Positions 9,257 through 19,801 of a stretch of 64,000 nt of DNA are shown piece after piece. Each line of letters begins with the position of its first letter. Position 1 is the stretch's first letter. The DNA is taken from positions 32,001 to 96,000 of the forward strand of contig OZ223489.1 in assembly GCA_965140785.1 (NCBI GenBank). The letters run 5' to 3'. This DNA comes from an uncultured Ruficoccus sp. (GTDB lineage: Bacteria > Verrucomicrobiota > Verrucomicrobiia > Opitutales > Cerasicoccaceae). The notes beneath the pieces are model-generated. The model was not told the origin of the DNA. It ran no database searches and saw only the letters and a list, made by a program, of their open reading frames with translations. The position numbers were made by a program, and so were the translations under genes.

Positions 9257-11007
9257 GGTTCGAGGGGGGATTAAGGTTGGCGGCCAGACGGAAACCGCCC
9301 ATGCGGTCCCGGCGGCGCGGATTGTCGAGCGTGACGGGGACATCGGCCAGGACATCCACAGAGTCCTCAGCGGTTCCACCTGCGACATAGGCTTGTTCCT
9401 GAGAGAGAATTTCCTTCGAGGCGAGCCACTCCTCGACATTGCCCAGCAGGTCGTAAAAGCCCTGGGCGTTCGGCTCCTTGGTCCCCACGTCGTGGGTTTC
9501 GTCGCCCGAGTTGCTCGCGTTCCAGGAAATCTCGTCGAGGTTGACATAGCGCAGGCTGCCGACCGCCGCGTCAAACTCCTCCCGCAGCGGCAGGCGGGCG
9601 GGCAGGCCGAGAATCCAGGACACTTTCTGACAAAACTCCGTGGCTTCGTTCCAGTTCACCGAGTCGACCGGGAGTTTCTCGCCATTGTGGCGGCTGGGGT
9701 TGTTCAGCATGATGCTGTGGTAAAGGGCCTGTGAGACCTCGTAACGGGTGAGGTGCCAGCCGTTCGAGTCGGGGACGGGCACCAACTGGCCATAGATCCG
9801 GTCCTGCAGCAGGGCGATATCATCCTTGATAAACTTGAGGAAACGCAGCTTGATCACCGTTTCCTCCGTCAGCAAGGTGCTGCGCGGGTAGGATTCACGG
9901 AAGGCCTGGACCTTTTCGAAGAGGCCCGGGATGATCTCTCCGGCCTGCCAGACCTTACGGTCCCGCAAGCTCTGATCGAGCTCAGCGATTTCGGTGATGA
10001 TTTCCTCCCCGACTTCCCGGCTAAGGGCGTCGGTGGCGAGGTCGCGGAGTTCCTCCACGCGCTTGTTGGAGGCGAAGCGGCTCTGCGAGTGCTCCTGGTT
10101 GAGGCGGCGCTGGAGGCGGGAAGCGGCGTTGAGTTCCTCGGCGGCCACCTGGTAGTCCTTCTTGGCGAGGGCGTCTTTGCCCTTGGTCTCATGACTCTGA
10201 ATTTCCTCGTAGAGGTCGCTCGACTCCATCGAGGCCAGTTCCACCTGCAAGTGACTCAGGCGGGTGACGTCGGCATAATGCAACCCGCGAAACTCCAGGT
10301 TGAGTTCCTTCTGTAGGTGGATGGCTTCAGTCAACTGCTTTTTGGCCTCGGCCCAGTCCTCTTTTTCGGCGGCGGCCTTTGAGAGGCGCTCGGCCTCATT
10401 GGAGGCATCCCAGAGAGGCTGGGCGCGCAGTTCCTTGACCTTGCGCTCGAGTTGGGTCAAACGGCCGACATCGCGGCGGTTACTGAGGGGGTAATCCTCG
10501 TTGATCTTGCGCTGTAAGTCGGTTGCCTTGCGGTAGTTGCGCAGGGCCATTTCCAGGTCGTCCTGAGCCTCGTAGTTGTGCCCCTGGCGCTCGGCCACAA
10601 GGCTCTCCCGGTACTCCTGGGCGGCCAGGGTATCCTGATAAAGGGTCTGCAGGCTCTGGAGACGCTGGCCGGCCTCGGCATTGTAACCGCCGAGGGCCTG
10701 TTTATAGGCTTCCTGCTTGGCGATCGACTGTTCGAGCAGGGTGATGTCTTCCTCCGTGGGTTCGCGCAGGGCGGAAATTTCGACAAACTGATCCTCCAGC
10801 TTCTTGCTGTCATCCAGGAGCTTAAGCGTCTCCTCGGAGTTGGGAGCGGTGTATGTGATCTCGGAGGGATCAATGTTTTTCGGACCGAGCAGAGAGAGCG
10901 CGTAAGCGGCCCCCCAGGCCGACTCCGATGGCGAGAAAAACGGCCAGAATACGAAAGAGGATGCGATGACGGTACCAGAAACCCCGTTGTTTGCGATGAC
11001 GAGACAT
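9216..11007 (-). pseudogene. Membrane-anchored helical-repeat protein with C-terminal FGE-sulfatase (SUMF1) domain, frameshifted as given
   Basis: PVDSVNW, RLP..EF, YDLLGNVEEW, GFRL motifs; N-terminal TM frame joins after removing one base of the C6 run at 10910-10915. Confidence 0.75.
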
Positions 11008-11130
11008 AGAGAGGAAAAAAGTGCAGTAAAAGGAGCCCCCGAGGGAAATGCCAGTCAAAAGGCGAAGCCGAATTGGGCCCCCTGGTAAGGAAAAGAACAC
11101 ATTTTGGCTCGCCTGTTCCATCCCCCATGC

Positions 11131-11997
11131 ATGAAAAAGACAGCGATGTTCGGCAAACTGACGGTACTCGGGACGGGCCTGCTTGGGGCCTCGCTCATGC
11201 AGGCGGCCAAGGCAAGAGGCCTGTGCCGGGAGGCGCTGGCCTGGTCGCGACGACCGGAGACCCGCCTCAAATGCGAAGAGCAGAGCTGGTGCGACGGGGT
11301 CTTCCCCACCGCCGCCGAGGCCGTGGCCGAAGCCGATCTGGTCGTACTGGCCGTGCCGGTGGTCAACATCGTGCCTCTGCTGGAGGAGATAGCACCCGCC
11401 CTCAAGCCCGGAGCGCTCATCACCGATGTGGGGAGCACCAAGAGCCTGATCTGCCGCCACGGCACCGCTGCCATTCCTGAGCGGGCCACCTTTGTCGGCT
11501 CGCACCCCATGGCCGGCTCGGAGAAGACCGGCCTGGATTTCGCCCGCGAGGATCTTTTCGAGAAACGCGCCTGCTTCGTCACCCCGCTGGAAAGTACACC
11601 CGCGGAGGCCGTCGAAAAGATCATGCGCTTCTGGCGTGAACTGGGTATGGAGGTCGCCACCGCCAGCCCTGAGGCCCACGACGAGATCGTGGCCCACATC
11701 AGCCACCTGCCCCACATCCTGGCCTCGGTCCTGTGCGACACGCTGGCGGCGCGGGACACCTCCTGGCGCAACTACGCCGGGGGCGGCCTGCGCGACACCA
11801 CCCGCATCGCCGCCGGGGACCCCCACCTGTGGAAAGCCATCATTCTGGAAAACCGCGAGGAAATCCTCCGCGCCATGCAGGGCTTCGAGGAGCACTGGCA
11901 GCAGATGCGCGCCGCCATCACCAACAACGACCCCTTTGCCATCGTCAACCTGCTCGAACAGGGCAAAACCTACCGCGACGCCGTCCGCAACGACTAG
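11131..11997 (+). CDS. tyrA: Prephenate/arogenate dehydrogenase
   Basis: GTGLLGAS, TDVGSTK, HPMAGSE, SHLPH, DTTRIA. Confidence 0.93.
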   Translation: MKKTAMFGKLTVLGTGLLGASLMQAAKARGLCREALAWSRRPETRLKCEEQSWCDGVFPTAAEAVAEADLVVLAVPVVNIVPLLEEIAPALKPGALITDVGSTKSLICRHGTAAIPERATFVGSHPMAGSEKTGLDFAREDLFEKRACFVTPLESTPAEAVEKIMRFWRELGMEVATASPEAHDEIVAHISHLPHILASVLCDTLAARDTSWRNYAGGGLRDTTRIAAGDPHLWKAIILENREEILRAMQGFEEHWQQMRAAITNNDPFAIVNLLEQGKTYRDAVRND

Positions 11998-12017
11998 AGA
12001 TTTAGAAAATATAAATA

Positions 12018-12223
12018 ACCACTAAGACGCAAAGACACAAAGATGGAAGGCAGAGAACCCTTGTCGCTCTGCGTCCCCTCCCCTCACCTTAAATTCTACT
12101 CCACCCAGCAAATAAGGTAAATTTAAGCCAAGAGCGCACACCCAGCTTTTTGCATGACAATGACCACAATAAATAGGCCGAACACCGGAAAACTCATCCT
12201 TTGTGTCTCTGTGCCTTTGTGGT
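12018..12223. repeat. 9-nt-period inverted-arm intergenic element
   Basis: ACCACTAAGACGCAAAGACACAAAG ... CTTTGTGTCTCTGTGCCTTTGTGGT flanking an AT-rich core. Confidence 0.7.
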
Positions 12224-12280
12224 AAATATTAACTCCCCGGTATAACCGCAGCCACCCACCCTTTGCCCGAATCCATCCCG

Positions 12281-13621
12281 ATGGAGCCACTGACTCTGAA
12301 ACCTTTCCGCCAGCCGGTCGCCGGTACAGTGAGCCTGCCCGGCTCCAAGAGCATCACCAACCGCGCCCTTATCCTGGCCGCTCTCTCGCGCGAATCCCTC
12401 ACGCTGGAGGGGGCGCTCTTCAGCGAGGACACCGAGATCATGATCGCCGCGCTCCAGGCGCTGGGCTTCACCGTCTCGGCTGACGCCGCAGGCAAAACGA
12501 TCTTTATCGTCGGACGCGGCGGGGAGATCCCACAGCCGCAGGCCGAGCTCCAGGTGGGCAACGCCGGGACCGCCGCCCGTTTCCTCACCGCCCTGCTCGC
12601 CCTCAAACCCGGCGGCCACTACCGGCTCGACGGCTCGGAGGCCATGCGCAAGCGCCCCATGCGCGGCCTGCTCGATGCCCTCGCCCGCGCCGGAGCCGCC
12701 GAGGCCACCTTTGGCGGCAAGGAAGGATTTTTCCCCTTTGAGCTGAAAACGCAGGGCTTCGCCGGGGGCTCGCTGAGCGTGGATGCCTCGGCCAGCAGCC
12801 AGATTCTCTCCGCCCTGCTCATGGCCGCCCCGCTGGCCCGGGAGCCGCTCACCATCGAGTTGGCGGGGGAAACCGTCTCCAAGCCCTTCGTCGAGATGAC
12901 GCTGACCATGATGGCGCAGTTCGGGATCGAGCCGGAATCCGCCGCGGGCGGGCGCACCGCCTTCGCGGGGGGCAGCAGCTACTACTACAACCGCCCGGCC
13001 TACGTGATCGAGCCCGACGCGACCGCCGCCAGCTATTTCCTCGCCCTACCCTGGGTCACCGGCGGCGGGCTGCGGCTCCAGCGCCTCGGGCGGGTCTCGC
13101 TCCAGGGCGACATCAGTTTTACCGAAGTCATGGCCGCCCTCGGCGTGGAAACCTCCACCGACGGCGACGACCTCATCGTCTCGACCGGTCAGGCCCCTGG
13201 GGAGATACCGGCCAGCTTCGACTTTAACGCCATTTCGGACACTTTTCTGACTCTGGCCGCGCTCGCGCCGCTGCTGAACCAGCCGCTCACCATCACCGGC
13301 ATCGCCCACACCCGCAAGCAGGAGACCGACCGCGTCCACGCCATGGCGACCGAACTGCGTAAGCTCGGCCAGCGCGTGGACGAAACCGAGGATGCGCTCA
13401 CCGTTCACCCGGACCTGGCCGCGATGAAAGCCGCCACGGCGGACGCCCCCGTGGCCATCGACACCTACCGCGACCACCGCGTGGCCATGAGCTTCGGCAT
13501 CCTCGGCTGCCGCGACCTGCACGGCGACGGCCGCCCCTGGCTCACCATCAACGACCCCGGCTGCTGCGCCAAGACCTTCCCGAACTTTTTCGAGGTCCTC
13601 AAAAACCTCCGCCCGTCATGA
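12281..13621 (+). CDS. aroA: EPSP synthase
   Basis: LPGSKSITNR, GNAGT, SSQ, RKQETDR, DHRVAMS, KTFP. Confidence 0.96.
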   Translation: MEPLTLKPFRQPVAGTVSLPGSKSITNRALILAALSRESLTLEGALFSEDTEIMIAALQALGFTVSADAAGKTIFIVGRGGEIPQPQAELQVGNAGTAARFLTALLALKPGGHYRLDGSEAMRKRPMRGLLDALARAGAAEATFGGKEGFFPFELKTQGFAGGSLSVDASASSQILSALLMAAPLAREPLTIELAGETVSKPFVEMTLTMMAQFGIEPESAAGGRTAFAGGSSYYYNRPAYVIEPDATAASYFLALPWVTGGGLRLQRLGRVSLQGDISFTEVMAALGVETSTDGDDLIVSTGQAPGEIPASFDFNAISDTFLTLAALAPLLNQPLTITGIAHTRKQETDRVHAMATELRKLGQRVDETEDALTVHPDLAAMKAATADAPVAIDTYRDHRVAMSFGILGCRDLHGDGRPWLTINDPGCCAKTFPNFFEVLKNLRPS

Positions 13622-14079
13622 GTACGCCCACCCCCGTTATCGCCTTACGGTACTTACTACCGCTGCTACTAACCTTATCTTGCCTCAGTGCCTCCGCCGA
13701 TGAGAAGGCCGCCTATCTGGAGAAAAACAATCTGAGCCTGGACGATTTTTTCCATTTCAACCTCACCTCAGTTGATACCGAAATTTACTATTATGACCGC
13801 ATATTAACCCAGTTGATGGGTTTTCACACCGATGCGTTCAGAAGGGATAACCCGACCCTTGAAGATAACGAAAAAGAGGCAAAAATCACTGAAATCATCA
13901 AGGGATACGAAAGTGAAAAGGCGGATTTCAATAATCGCTTAGAAGAATTCGTAGAAGGTCTTCCAGCGGGTTATTCCTTGTACTTTGTTTCATTTCGCAC
14001 AGAAGGCAGAAAGCAGCTTGAAGGGTACTATGCGATCAAAGATGGCGTACTTGTGCGTAAAGATTTAATAGAATTTTGA
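13618..14079 (+). CDS. Hypothetical exported protein, AT-rich insertion
   Basis: Signal-peptide-like N-terminus, visibly AT-rich codons, flanked by 15-bp direct repeat. Confidence 0.6.
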   Translation: MSTPTPVIALRYLLPLLLTLSCLSASADEKAAYLEKNNLSLDDFFHFNLTSVDTEIYYYDRILTQLMGFHTDAFRRDNPTLEDNEKEAKITEIIKGYESEKADFNNRLEEFVEGLPAGYSLYFVSFRTEGRKQLEGYYAIKDGVLVRKDLIEF

Positions 14080-14087
14080 TTTATTTC

Positions 14088-14768
14088 ATGACCCAGACCC
14101 CCGTTATCGCCGTGGACGGCGGCGCCGCCAGCGGCAAGTCCTCCACCTCGCGCCGCCTGGCCGCCCGTTTTAACCTGATGCATGTGGACACCGGTTCGCA
14201 CTACCGCGCCGTGACCTTCGCGCTCGTGCAGGCCGGGGTCAGTCCCGGCGACGAGGCCGCCATCCAGGCGCAGCTCGCACAACTCCAGCTCGGACAGGAA
14301 ATCGACGGTCAGAGCGCCCGCATCAGCATCGGGGGCCGCGTCCCGCGCGAAGAAGACATTCGCTCGGAGGCGGTCAACGCCGCGGTCTCGCCCTTTGCCG
14401 CCGTGCCCGCAGTGCGGCAGTTCCTCTTCGACTACCAGCGCTCGCAGGCCGGCGTGGCCGCGAAGGAGGGCTTCAACGGCCTGATCATGGAGGGCCGCGA
14501 CATCGGCTCGGTCATTTTCCCGGACGCGAAGCTGCGCTTTTTCCTGGAGGCGGACGAAGCCACCCGCGCCGCCCGTCGCGCCAAGGAGGGCCAGACCGAC
14601 TCCATCGCCGAGCGCGACCGGATCGACTCCTCCCGCAAGACCGCCCCGCTGGTCTGCCCGGAGGGCGCCCGGCGCGTGGACACCTCTCACCTCACCCTCG
14701 ACCAGGTCGTGGACCTGCTGGCCGGGGAAATCGAACAGGCTACCGGACTGGCCGCCGCCCAGGCATGA
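14088..14768 (+). CDS. cmk: Cytidylate kinase
   Basis: VIAVDGGAASGKS, DTGSHYR, EGRDIGSVIFPDA. Confidence 0.95.
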   Translation: MTQTPVIAVDGGAASGKSSTSRRLAARFNLMHVDTGSHYRAVTFALVQAGVSPGDEAAIQAQLAQLQLGQEIDGQSARISIGGRVPREEDIRSEAVNAAVSPFAAVPAVRQFLFDYQRSQAGVAAKEGFNGLIMEGRDIGSVIFPDAKLRFFLEADEATRAARRAKEGQTDSIAERDRIDSSRKTAPLVCPEGARRVDTSHLTLDQVVDLLAGEIEQATGLAAAQA

Positions 14769-15412
14769 AAAATCCCGGCACCAACAGCATTTACCGGGGT
14801 GGCTGGGCACTCTCGCGCTTCATCTTCGACTATTTCACCCGCTGGGAAATCTACGGCACCGAGAACATCCCGAAGGAGGGGCCGTTCCTGCTGGCGGGCA
14901 ACCACGCGAGCTTTTTCGACCCGCCGGCCTTCGGCTCGGCCTGCCCGCGCGAGCTGCACTACTTCGCCCGCAGCACGCTCTTTGTGGGCAGGTTCGGCAA
15001 CCTCATCCGCCAGTGCCGAGCCATCCCGGTGGACCGCGACGGCGGCAACGACCTCCAGGCCTTCCGCGAGGTCTTCAAGGTCCTGCGCAGCGGCGGCGGG
15101 CTGCTGGTCTTCCCCGAGGGCACTCGCTCGGACGACGGCGCCCTGCGCGAGGCCCGGCCCGGCGTGGGCATGATCGCCGTGCGGGCCAAGGTCCCGATCA
15201 TCCCGGCCCGCATCCACGGCAGCTTCCGGATATTCAGCCGCCACCACAAGCTGCCCGACCTGAAAAACCGCCTCAGCGTGGTCTATGGCCCGCCCCTCGA
15301 CGTGGCCGACCTCGACCCCGGCGACACCGCCCCCCGGCGCTTTCTGACCATCAGCCAGCGCGTCCTCGACGCCATCGGCCAGCTCAATCCACCGCCCCGG
15401 CAGGAGGTTTGA
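14765..15412 (+). CDS. plsC: 1-acyl-sn-glycerol-3-phosphate acyltransferase
   Basis: NHASFFD and FPEGTRS motifs; follows cmk. Confidence 0.9.
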   Translation: MKNPGTNSIYRGGWALSRFIFDYFTRWEIYGTENIPKEGPFLLAGNHASFFDPPAFGSACPRELHYFARSTLFVGRFGNLIRQCRAIPVDRDGGNDLQAFREVFKVLRSGGGLLVFPEGTRSDDGALREARPGVGMIAVRAKVPIIPARIHGSFRIFSRHHKLPDLKNRLSVVYGPPLDVADLDPGDTAPRRFLTISQRVLDAIGQLNPPPRQEV

Positions 15413-15421
15413 GAAAACGCT

Positions 15422-15583
15422 CACGAAGAGCACAAAGAAGACACGAAGGGCACGAAGACTTTTTTCATATACTCTATCAGCCAAAGCCTTTCCTCACAGA
15501 AAGCAGAGCCATTGAGGACTCAAAAAAACTTCTGGGCGGCAAACTCCTTCGTGCCCTTCGTGTCTTCTTCGTGCCCTTCGTGA
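15422..15583. repeat. 9-nt-period inverted-arm intergenic element
   Basis: CACGAAGAG CACAAAGAAGA CACGAAGGG CACGAAG ... CTTCGTGCC CTTCGTGTCTT CTTCGTGCC CTTCGTG. Confidence 0.8.
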
Positions 15584-15643
15584 CCCATTCCGCCCGCTCA
15601 ACCCGCGCTTGACTTGAACCGTAGCTGCGCAAAAGTGAGCATC

Positions 15644-15952
15644 ATGTCCTCCGATATCGTTCAATTCTCTGACGGTGATAAAGAATTCGTCTGCGCCTTC
15701 GTCGGGCCGCTCAACGCCGAACGCTGCCAGCAAGTTCAGGACGACCTGATCAAGAAGATCGAAAGCACGGAGGACGTCGTGAACTTCGACATGAAGGAGG
15801 TCACCTTCGCCTCCTCGTCCTTTCTGCGCATCGTGCTGACCGTCAACAAGCGCGTCGGCAAGCACCGGCTCAAGATCAGCAACGTCGATCCCCAGGTCAA
15901 AAAGGTCTTCAAGATGTCCGGCCTCTGGGACGCCCTCGAAATGGGCAAATAG
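15644..15952 (+). CDS. STAS-domain anti-sigma factor antagonist
   Basis: FDMKEVTFASSSFLR, VKKVFKMSGL. Confidence 0.85.
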   Translation: MSSDIVQFSDGDKEFVCAFVGPLNAERCQQVQDDLIKKIESTEDVVNFDMKEVTFASSSFLRIVLTVNKRVGKHRLKISNVDPQVKKVFKMSGLWDALEMGK

Positions 15953-16180
15953 GTCCGGCTGGACCAGCATTCAGGGGCTGCGCCCCTGCGACAGGTTTCA
16001 CCTGCGGGCATTCAGGGGCTGCGCCCCTGCGACAGGTTTCACCTGCGGGCATTAAGGGGCTCCGCCCCTACGACAGGTTGCACCTGCGGGCAATGAGGGG
16101 CTCCGCCCCTACGACAGGTTGCACCTGCGGGCAATGAGGGGCTGCGCCCCTGCGCCGCCAGAAAGGCGGCTACCCCGGGA
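15950..16180. repeat. REP/BIME-like array, 41-bp period
   Basis: Five AGGGGCT(G/C)CGCCCCT hairpins in units starting 15967, 16008, 16049, 16090 and 16131, alternating with CAGGTT(T/G)CACCTG hairpins. Confidence 0.85.
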
Positions 16181-16460
16181 CGCTCATTCAGAGAAGGGCA
16201 ACGCACCTGCTTTGCCCTGTTACCGTTTAATAGGCTCGGCAGCTCCGCCCACCCATCGAGTTTAATCCGCGCACATGCGCGTTTCATCCGTGGCTACAAT
16301 AAAAATACCCTAAAGGCTTTACAGCGGGCGGCTCGATCCCAAGCCTGCTCCGCTTCCCGTTGACCGGGACGCTTTCCTTGCCTGTCACCGTATCTTCCTT
16401 CGGAGGCCCAGAACGCCGCTCCGGCCCGCCCCTGGCCGGACGAACACGCCCAGAAGGATC

Positions 16461-18161
16461 ATGCTCAATTTTTTCCGTAAACGCTCCGCCAACCTCAAGG
16501 ACGACCTGCTCTCGGGTCTGACCGTCGCGCTCGCCCTCGTGCCCGAAGCCATTGCTTTCGCGTTCGTCGCCGGGGTCTCGCCCATCATCGGGCTGTACTC
16601 GGCCTTTTTCATGGGACTGATCACGGCCATCTTCGGCGGGCGACCGGGGATGATCTCCGGCGCCACCGGAGCAGTGGCGGTCGTACTGGTCCCGCTGGTG
16701 GCCAAGTACGGCGTGGAGTACCTCTTTCCGACCGTCATCCTGTGCGGCCTGATCCAGATGCTGGCCGGGGTTGGCAAGCTGGGGCAGTTCATCCGCATGG
16801 TGCCCCACTCGGTCATGCTGGGCTTCGTCAACGGGCTGGCCATCGTGATCTTCATGGCGCAGTTCGGCAGCTTCAAGACCATCAACAGCGTGGGCGAGCT
16901 GGTTTTCCTGCAAGGGCCCGCCCTCATCCTCATGCTCGCGCTGGTTGGCCTGACCATGCTCATCATCTGGCTGCTGCCGAAGTTTACCCGCGCCGTGCCC
17001 GCCTCCCTGGCAGCCATCCTCGTCATCACGGGTCTGTCACTGGCCATTAACAAAGCCGCCCCTGAGAACTGGAGTGCCAACGGCCAGACCCACGCCCTCC
17101 TGACCGTGGGCGACATGCTCCGCGCCAATACCACCGCCCGCGCCACGGCCGAGATCCGCGAAGAGCTCGGTGAGGACGCCGTGCCGCACGACTACACCGC
17201 GCTGGTCACCGAACGGGTCGATGCCGAGGGCGGCATTTCCGCCGGTTTCCCCAAATTGTTTTTCCTCGACGACAAGTACGAGATCCTGCCGCCGCTGAAC
17301 CTGCACACGCTCTGGATCATCCTGCCCTTTGCCCTCACCATGGCCGGGGTCGGCCTGATCGAGTCCCTCATGACCCTGAGCCTGATCGACGAAATTACCG
17401 AGACCCGCGGACGCGGCAACCGCGAATGCTTCGGGCAGGGCTTGGCCAATATCGTCAGCGGCCTCTTCGGCGGGATGGGCGGCTGCGCCATGATCGGCCA
17501 GTCTCTCATCAACGTGAACTCCGGAGGGCGGGGGCGCGCCAGCGGAATCACCGCCGCCCTCTGCCTGCTGTCCTTCGTGCTGGTGCTGGCTCCGTGGATC
17601 GAGATGATCCCCATGGCCGCGCTGGTCGGGGTGATGTTCATGGTCGTGATCGGCACCTTCGAATGGGCCAGTCTGCGCACCTTCCGCAAGATCCCGCTGA
17701 GCGACGTGCTCGTCATGATCGTGGTGGCCGGATACACGGTGGTCATGCATGACCTGGCCACAGCGGTGATCATCGGCGTCATCATTTCGGCCCTGGTCTT
17801 CGCCTGGCGGCACGCCACGCACCTGGGCGCGGAATCCTACGAAAACGAGGCCGGGAGCCGCGTTTACCAGTTGCACGGCCCGTTGTTCTTCGCCTCCGTC
17901 AGCTCGTTCAAAGAGTTGTTCAACCCGCAGGAAGACCCGGACGACGTGGTGATCGACTTCTATTTCACCCGCGTCTATGACCAGTCCGGGCTGGAGGCCA
18001 TCAATACCCTCGCCGACAAGTACCGCACCCTCGGCAAGCGCCTCCACCTGACTCACCTCTCCCCCGAATGCCGCAAACTGCTCGACAAGGCCGGGGACAT
18101 GATCGAGGTCAACCTCTCCGAAGACCCCCAGTACCACGTCGCCACCGACCGCCTCGGCTAG
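16461..18161 (+). CDS. SulP family anion transporter with STAS domain
   Basis: [36 protein letters not shown]. Confidence 0.93.
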   Translation: MLNFFRKRSANLKDDLLSGLTVALALVPEAIAFAFVAGVSPIIGLYSAFFMGLITAIFGGRPGMISGATGAVAVVLVPLVAKYGVEYLFPTVILCGLIQMLAGVGKLGQFIRMVPHSVMLGFVNGLAIVIFMAQFGSFKTINSVGELVFLQGPALILMLALVGLTMLIIWLLPKFTRAVPASLAAILVITGLSLAINKAAPENWSANGQTHALLTVGDMLRANTTARATAEIREELGEDAVPHDYTALVTERVDAEGGISAGFPKLFFLDDKYEILPPLNLHTLWIILPFALTMAGVGLIESLMTLSLIDEITETRGRGNRECFGQGLANIVSGLFGGMGGCAMIGQSLINVNSGGRGRASGITAALCLLSFVLVLAPWIEMIPMAALVGVMFMVVIGTFEWASLRTFRKIPLSDVLVMIVVAGYTVVMHDLATAVIIGVIISALVFAWRHATHLGAESYENEAGSRVYQLHGPLFFASVSSFKELFNPQEDPDDVVIDFYFTRVYDQSGLEAINTLADKYRTLGKRLHLTHLSPECRKLLDKAGDMIEVNLSEDPQYHVATDRLG

Positions 18162-18268
18162 GTCCGGCTGGACCAGCATTCAGGGGCTCCGCCCCTACGC
18201 GGGTGCGTGACCGCACCGGACATCCAAGGGCTCCGCCCCTACGCGGCCAGAAAGGCCGCTACCCGGGG
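18159..18268. repeat. REP/BIME-like hairpin mosaic (same family as 15950-16180)
   Basis: GGTCCGGCTGGACC, AGGGGCTCCGCCCCTAC, GTGCGTGACCGCAC, GCGGCCAGAAAGGCCGCTAC. Confidence 0.8.
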
Positions 18269-18412
18269 AGGGGAGTTTGAAGGTTTGGGGTTTGAGAGTT
18301 TGAAAGTTATGTTGGGGGTGATGAGGGAGGAATCGGGCGTGGAAGGACACAGCCCCTCGCGCAAAGGGCGGATCGTTTGGAGACAGGCCCTTGGAAACAG
18401 GCCCTGACGGCC

Positions 18413-19261
18413 TTACGGCATTTTCGCCAGGAAGAACCGCTCGCGCTTGCTCAGGTCGGGCACGCTCTCGGTCTCGACGAAACCAGCCTCGCGGGCCAGC
18501 TCCGCCAACGCCGCGTGCTGGGCGATCCCCGTCTCCAGCGCCAGCCAGCCGCCGGGCGCAAGGTGGGCGGGAGCGGCGGCGAGAATCTTTTTTAAATCAT
18601 CGAGCCCGTCCATACCGGCGGTCAGGGCGCTCTTCGGTTCCCATTGCCGTACCTCGGGCTCGGCCTGCTCCCATTCGTCCTCGGTCAGGTAGGGGGGGTT
18701 GGACACGATCAGGTCAAAGGTTTCCCCCGCCAACGCAACGAACCAGTCCGACTCGGCGAAGCGCACCCGCTCGGCCAGCCCGGCGCTCTGGGCGTTCTCG
18801 CGGGCCAGGGCGAGGGCGTCTGCAGAGGCGTCCACCGCCGTGACCGCCGCCTGCGGGAAGGCCGCTGCCAGCGCCAGCGCGAGGGCCCCGGTTCCGGTGC
18901 CCAGGTCGCAAACACGGGCGGGCGGCTGGGCCCCAAAACGCTCCACCAGCAGTTCGACCAGTTCCTCGGTTTCCGGGCGCGGGATGAGGGCGCGGGCATC
19001 GGCCTTGAGCACGAGGCCGTGGAAGTGCGCCTCCCCCAGCAGGTACTGCAAGGGCTCGCGCTTTCCGCGACGCGCCACCAGCGGGCGCATGGCGGTCAGC
19101 TCGTCCTCCCCCAGCAGGCGGTCGAACTGCAAATACAGGTCCAGGCGCTTGCAGCCCAACACGTGGGCGATAATCAGCTCGGCGTCGAGCCGCGCCTGGG
19201 GCACACCTTTTTGCTGGAAAAATGCCGTGGTTTTCTGGAGAATATCGAGCAGCGATTGCAT
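18413..19261 (-). CDS. prmC: Release factor glutamine methyltransferase
   Basis: [28 protein letters not shown]. Confidence 0.95.
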   Translation of the reverse strand: MQSLLDILQKTTAFFQQKGVPQARLDAELIIAHVLGCKRLDLYLQFDRLLGEDELTAMRPLVARRGKREPLQYLLGEAHFHGLVLKADARALIPRPETEELVELLVERFGAQPPARVCDLGTGTGALALALAAAFPQAAVTAVDASADALALARENAQSAGLAERVRFAESDWFVALAGETFDLIVSNPPYLTEDEWEQAEPEVRQWEPKSALTAGMDGLDDLKKILAAAPAHLAPGGWLALETGIAQHAALAELAREAGFVETESVPDLSKRERFFLAKMP

Positions 19262-19363
19262 GAACGCCTTCTAACTTGAAAGGATTGCTGCCACCTGACG
19301 ACATAGAATCTGCACCAATTTCACTCCCTTTCCTTTTCCTTCGTCGCCCAGCCCCCCGCCACG

Positions 19364-19636
19364 ATGTTCAAGTTTTTCCTCAAACACGCCCTGAGCTGCC
19401 GAGATGCCACCCGGCTGATCTCCGAGGCGCGCGAACGCCCCCTGAGCTTCGGCGAAAAGCTCAAACTGAAGATCCTCTGCCGGTACTGCTGCTACACCGA
19501 TCGCTATCGCCAGCAGATCGAGGCCGTCTGTACCCAGGTACACGAGCAACCCGAATGCTGCGAGGAAGCCCTGCCCGAGGCCTGCCTGTGCGAGGAATCC
19601 CGCGCCCGCATCAAGGCCAAGCTGCGCGAAGAGTAA
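19364..19636 (+). CDS. zf-HC2/ZAS-like Cys-rich anti-sigma factor
   Basis: LSCRDATRLISEARERPLS..E, CRYCC, L.EESRARIK. Confidence 0.7.
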   Translation: MFKFFLKHALSCRDATRLISEARERPLSFGEKLKLKILCRYCCYTDRYRQQIEAVCTQVHEQPECCEEALPEACLCEESRARIKAKLREE

Positions 19637-19801
19637 GACGAACCGCGCCGGAAAAAGCATTCCTTCCCCGAAAAGCATTTAACAGGAAGCGACCTCGCAG
19701 GGGCATTAATTAATGTGTTCCCACTCAGCAATTCACCTAATAGACGTGTAAAACATTTCCCGCCACCCCGATACGGTGCGAATTATGCGGCACTTCGGGG
19801 C

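Noticed and set aside
15967..16155. CRISPR array
   Set aside because: Intervening segments are near-identical hairpins rather than unique spacers, and there are no cas genes in the window
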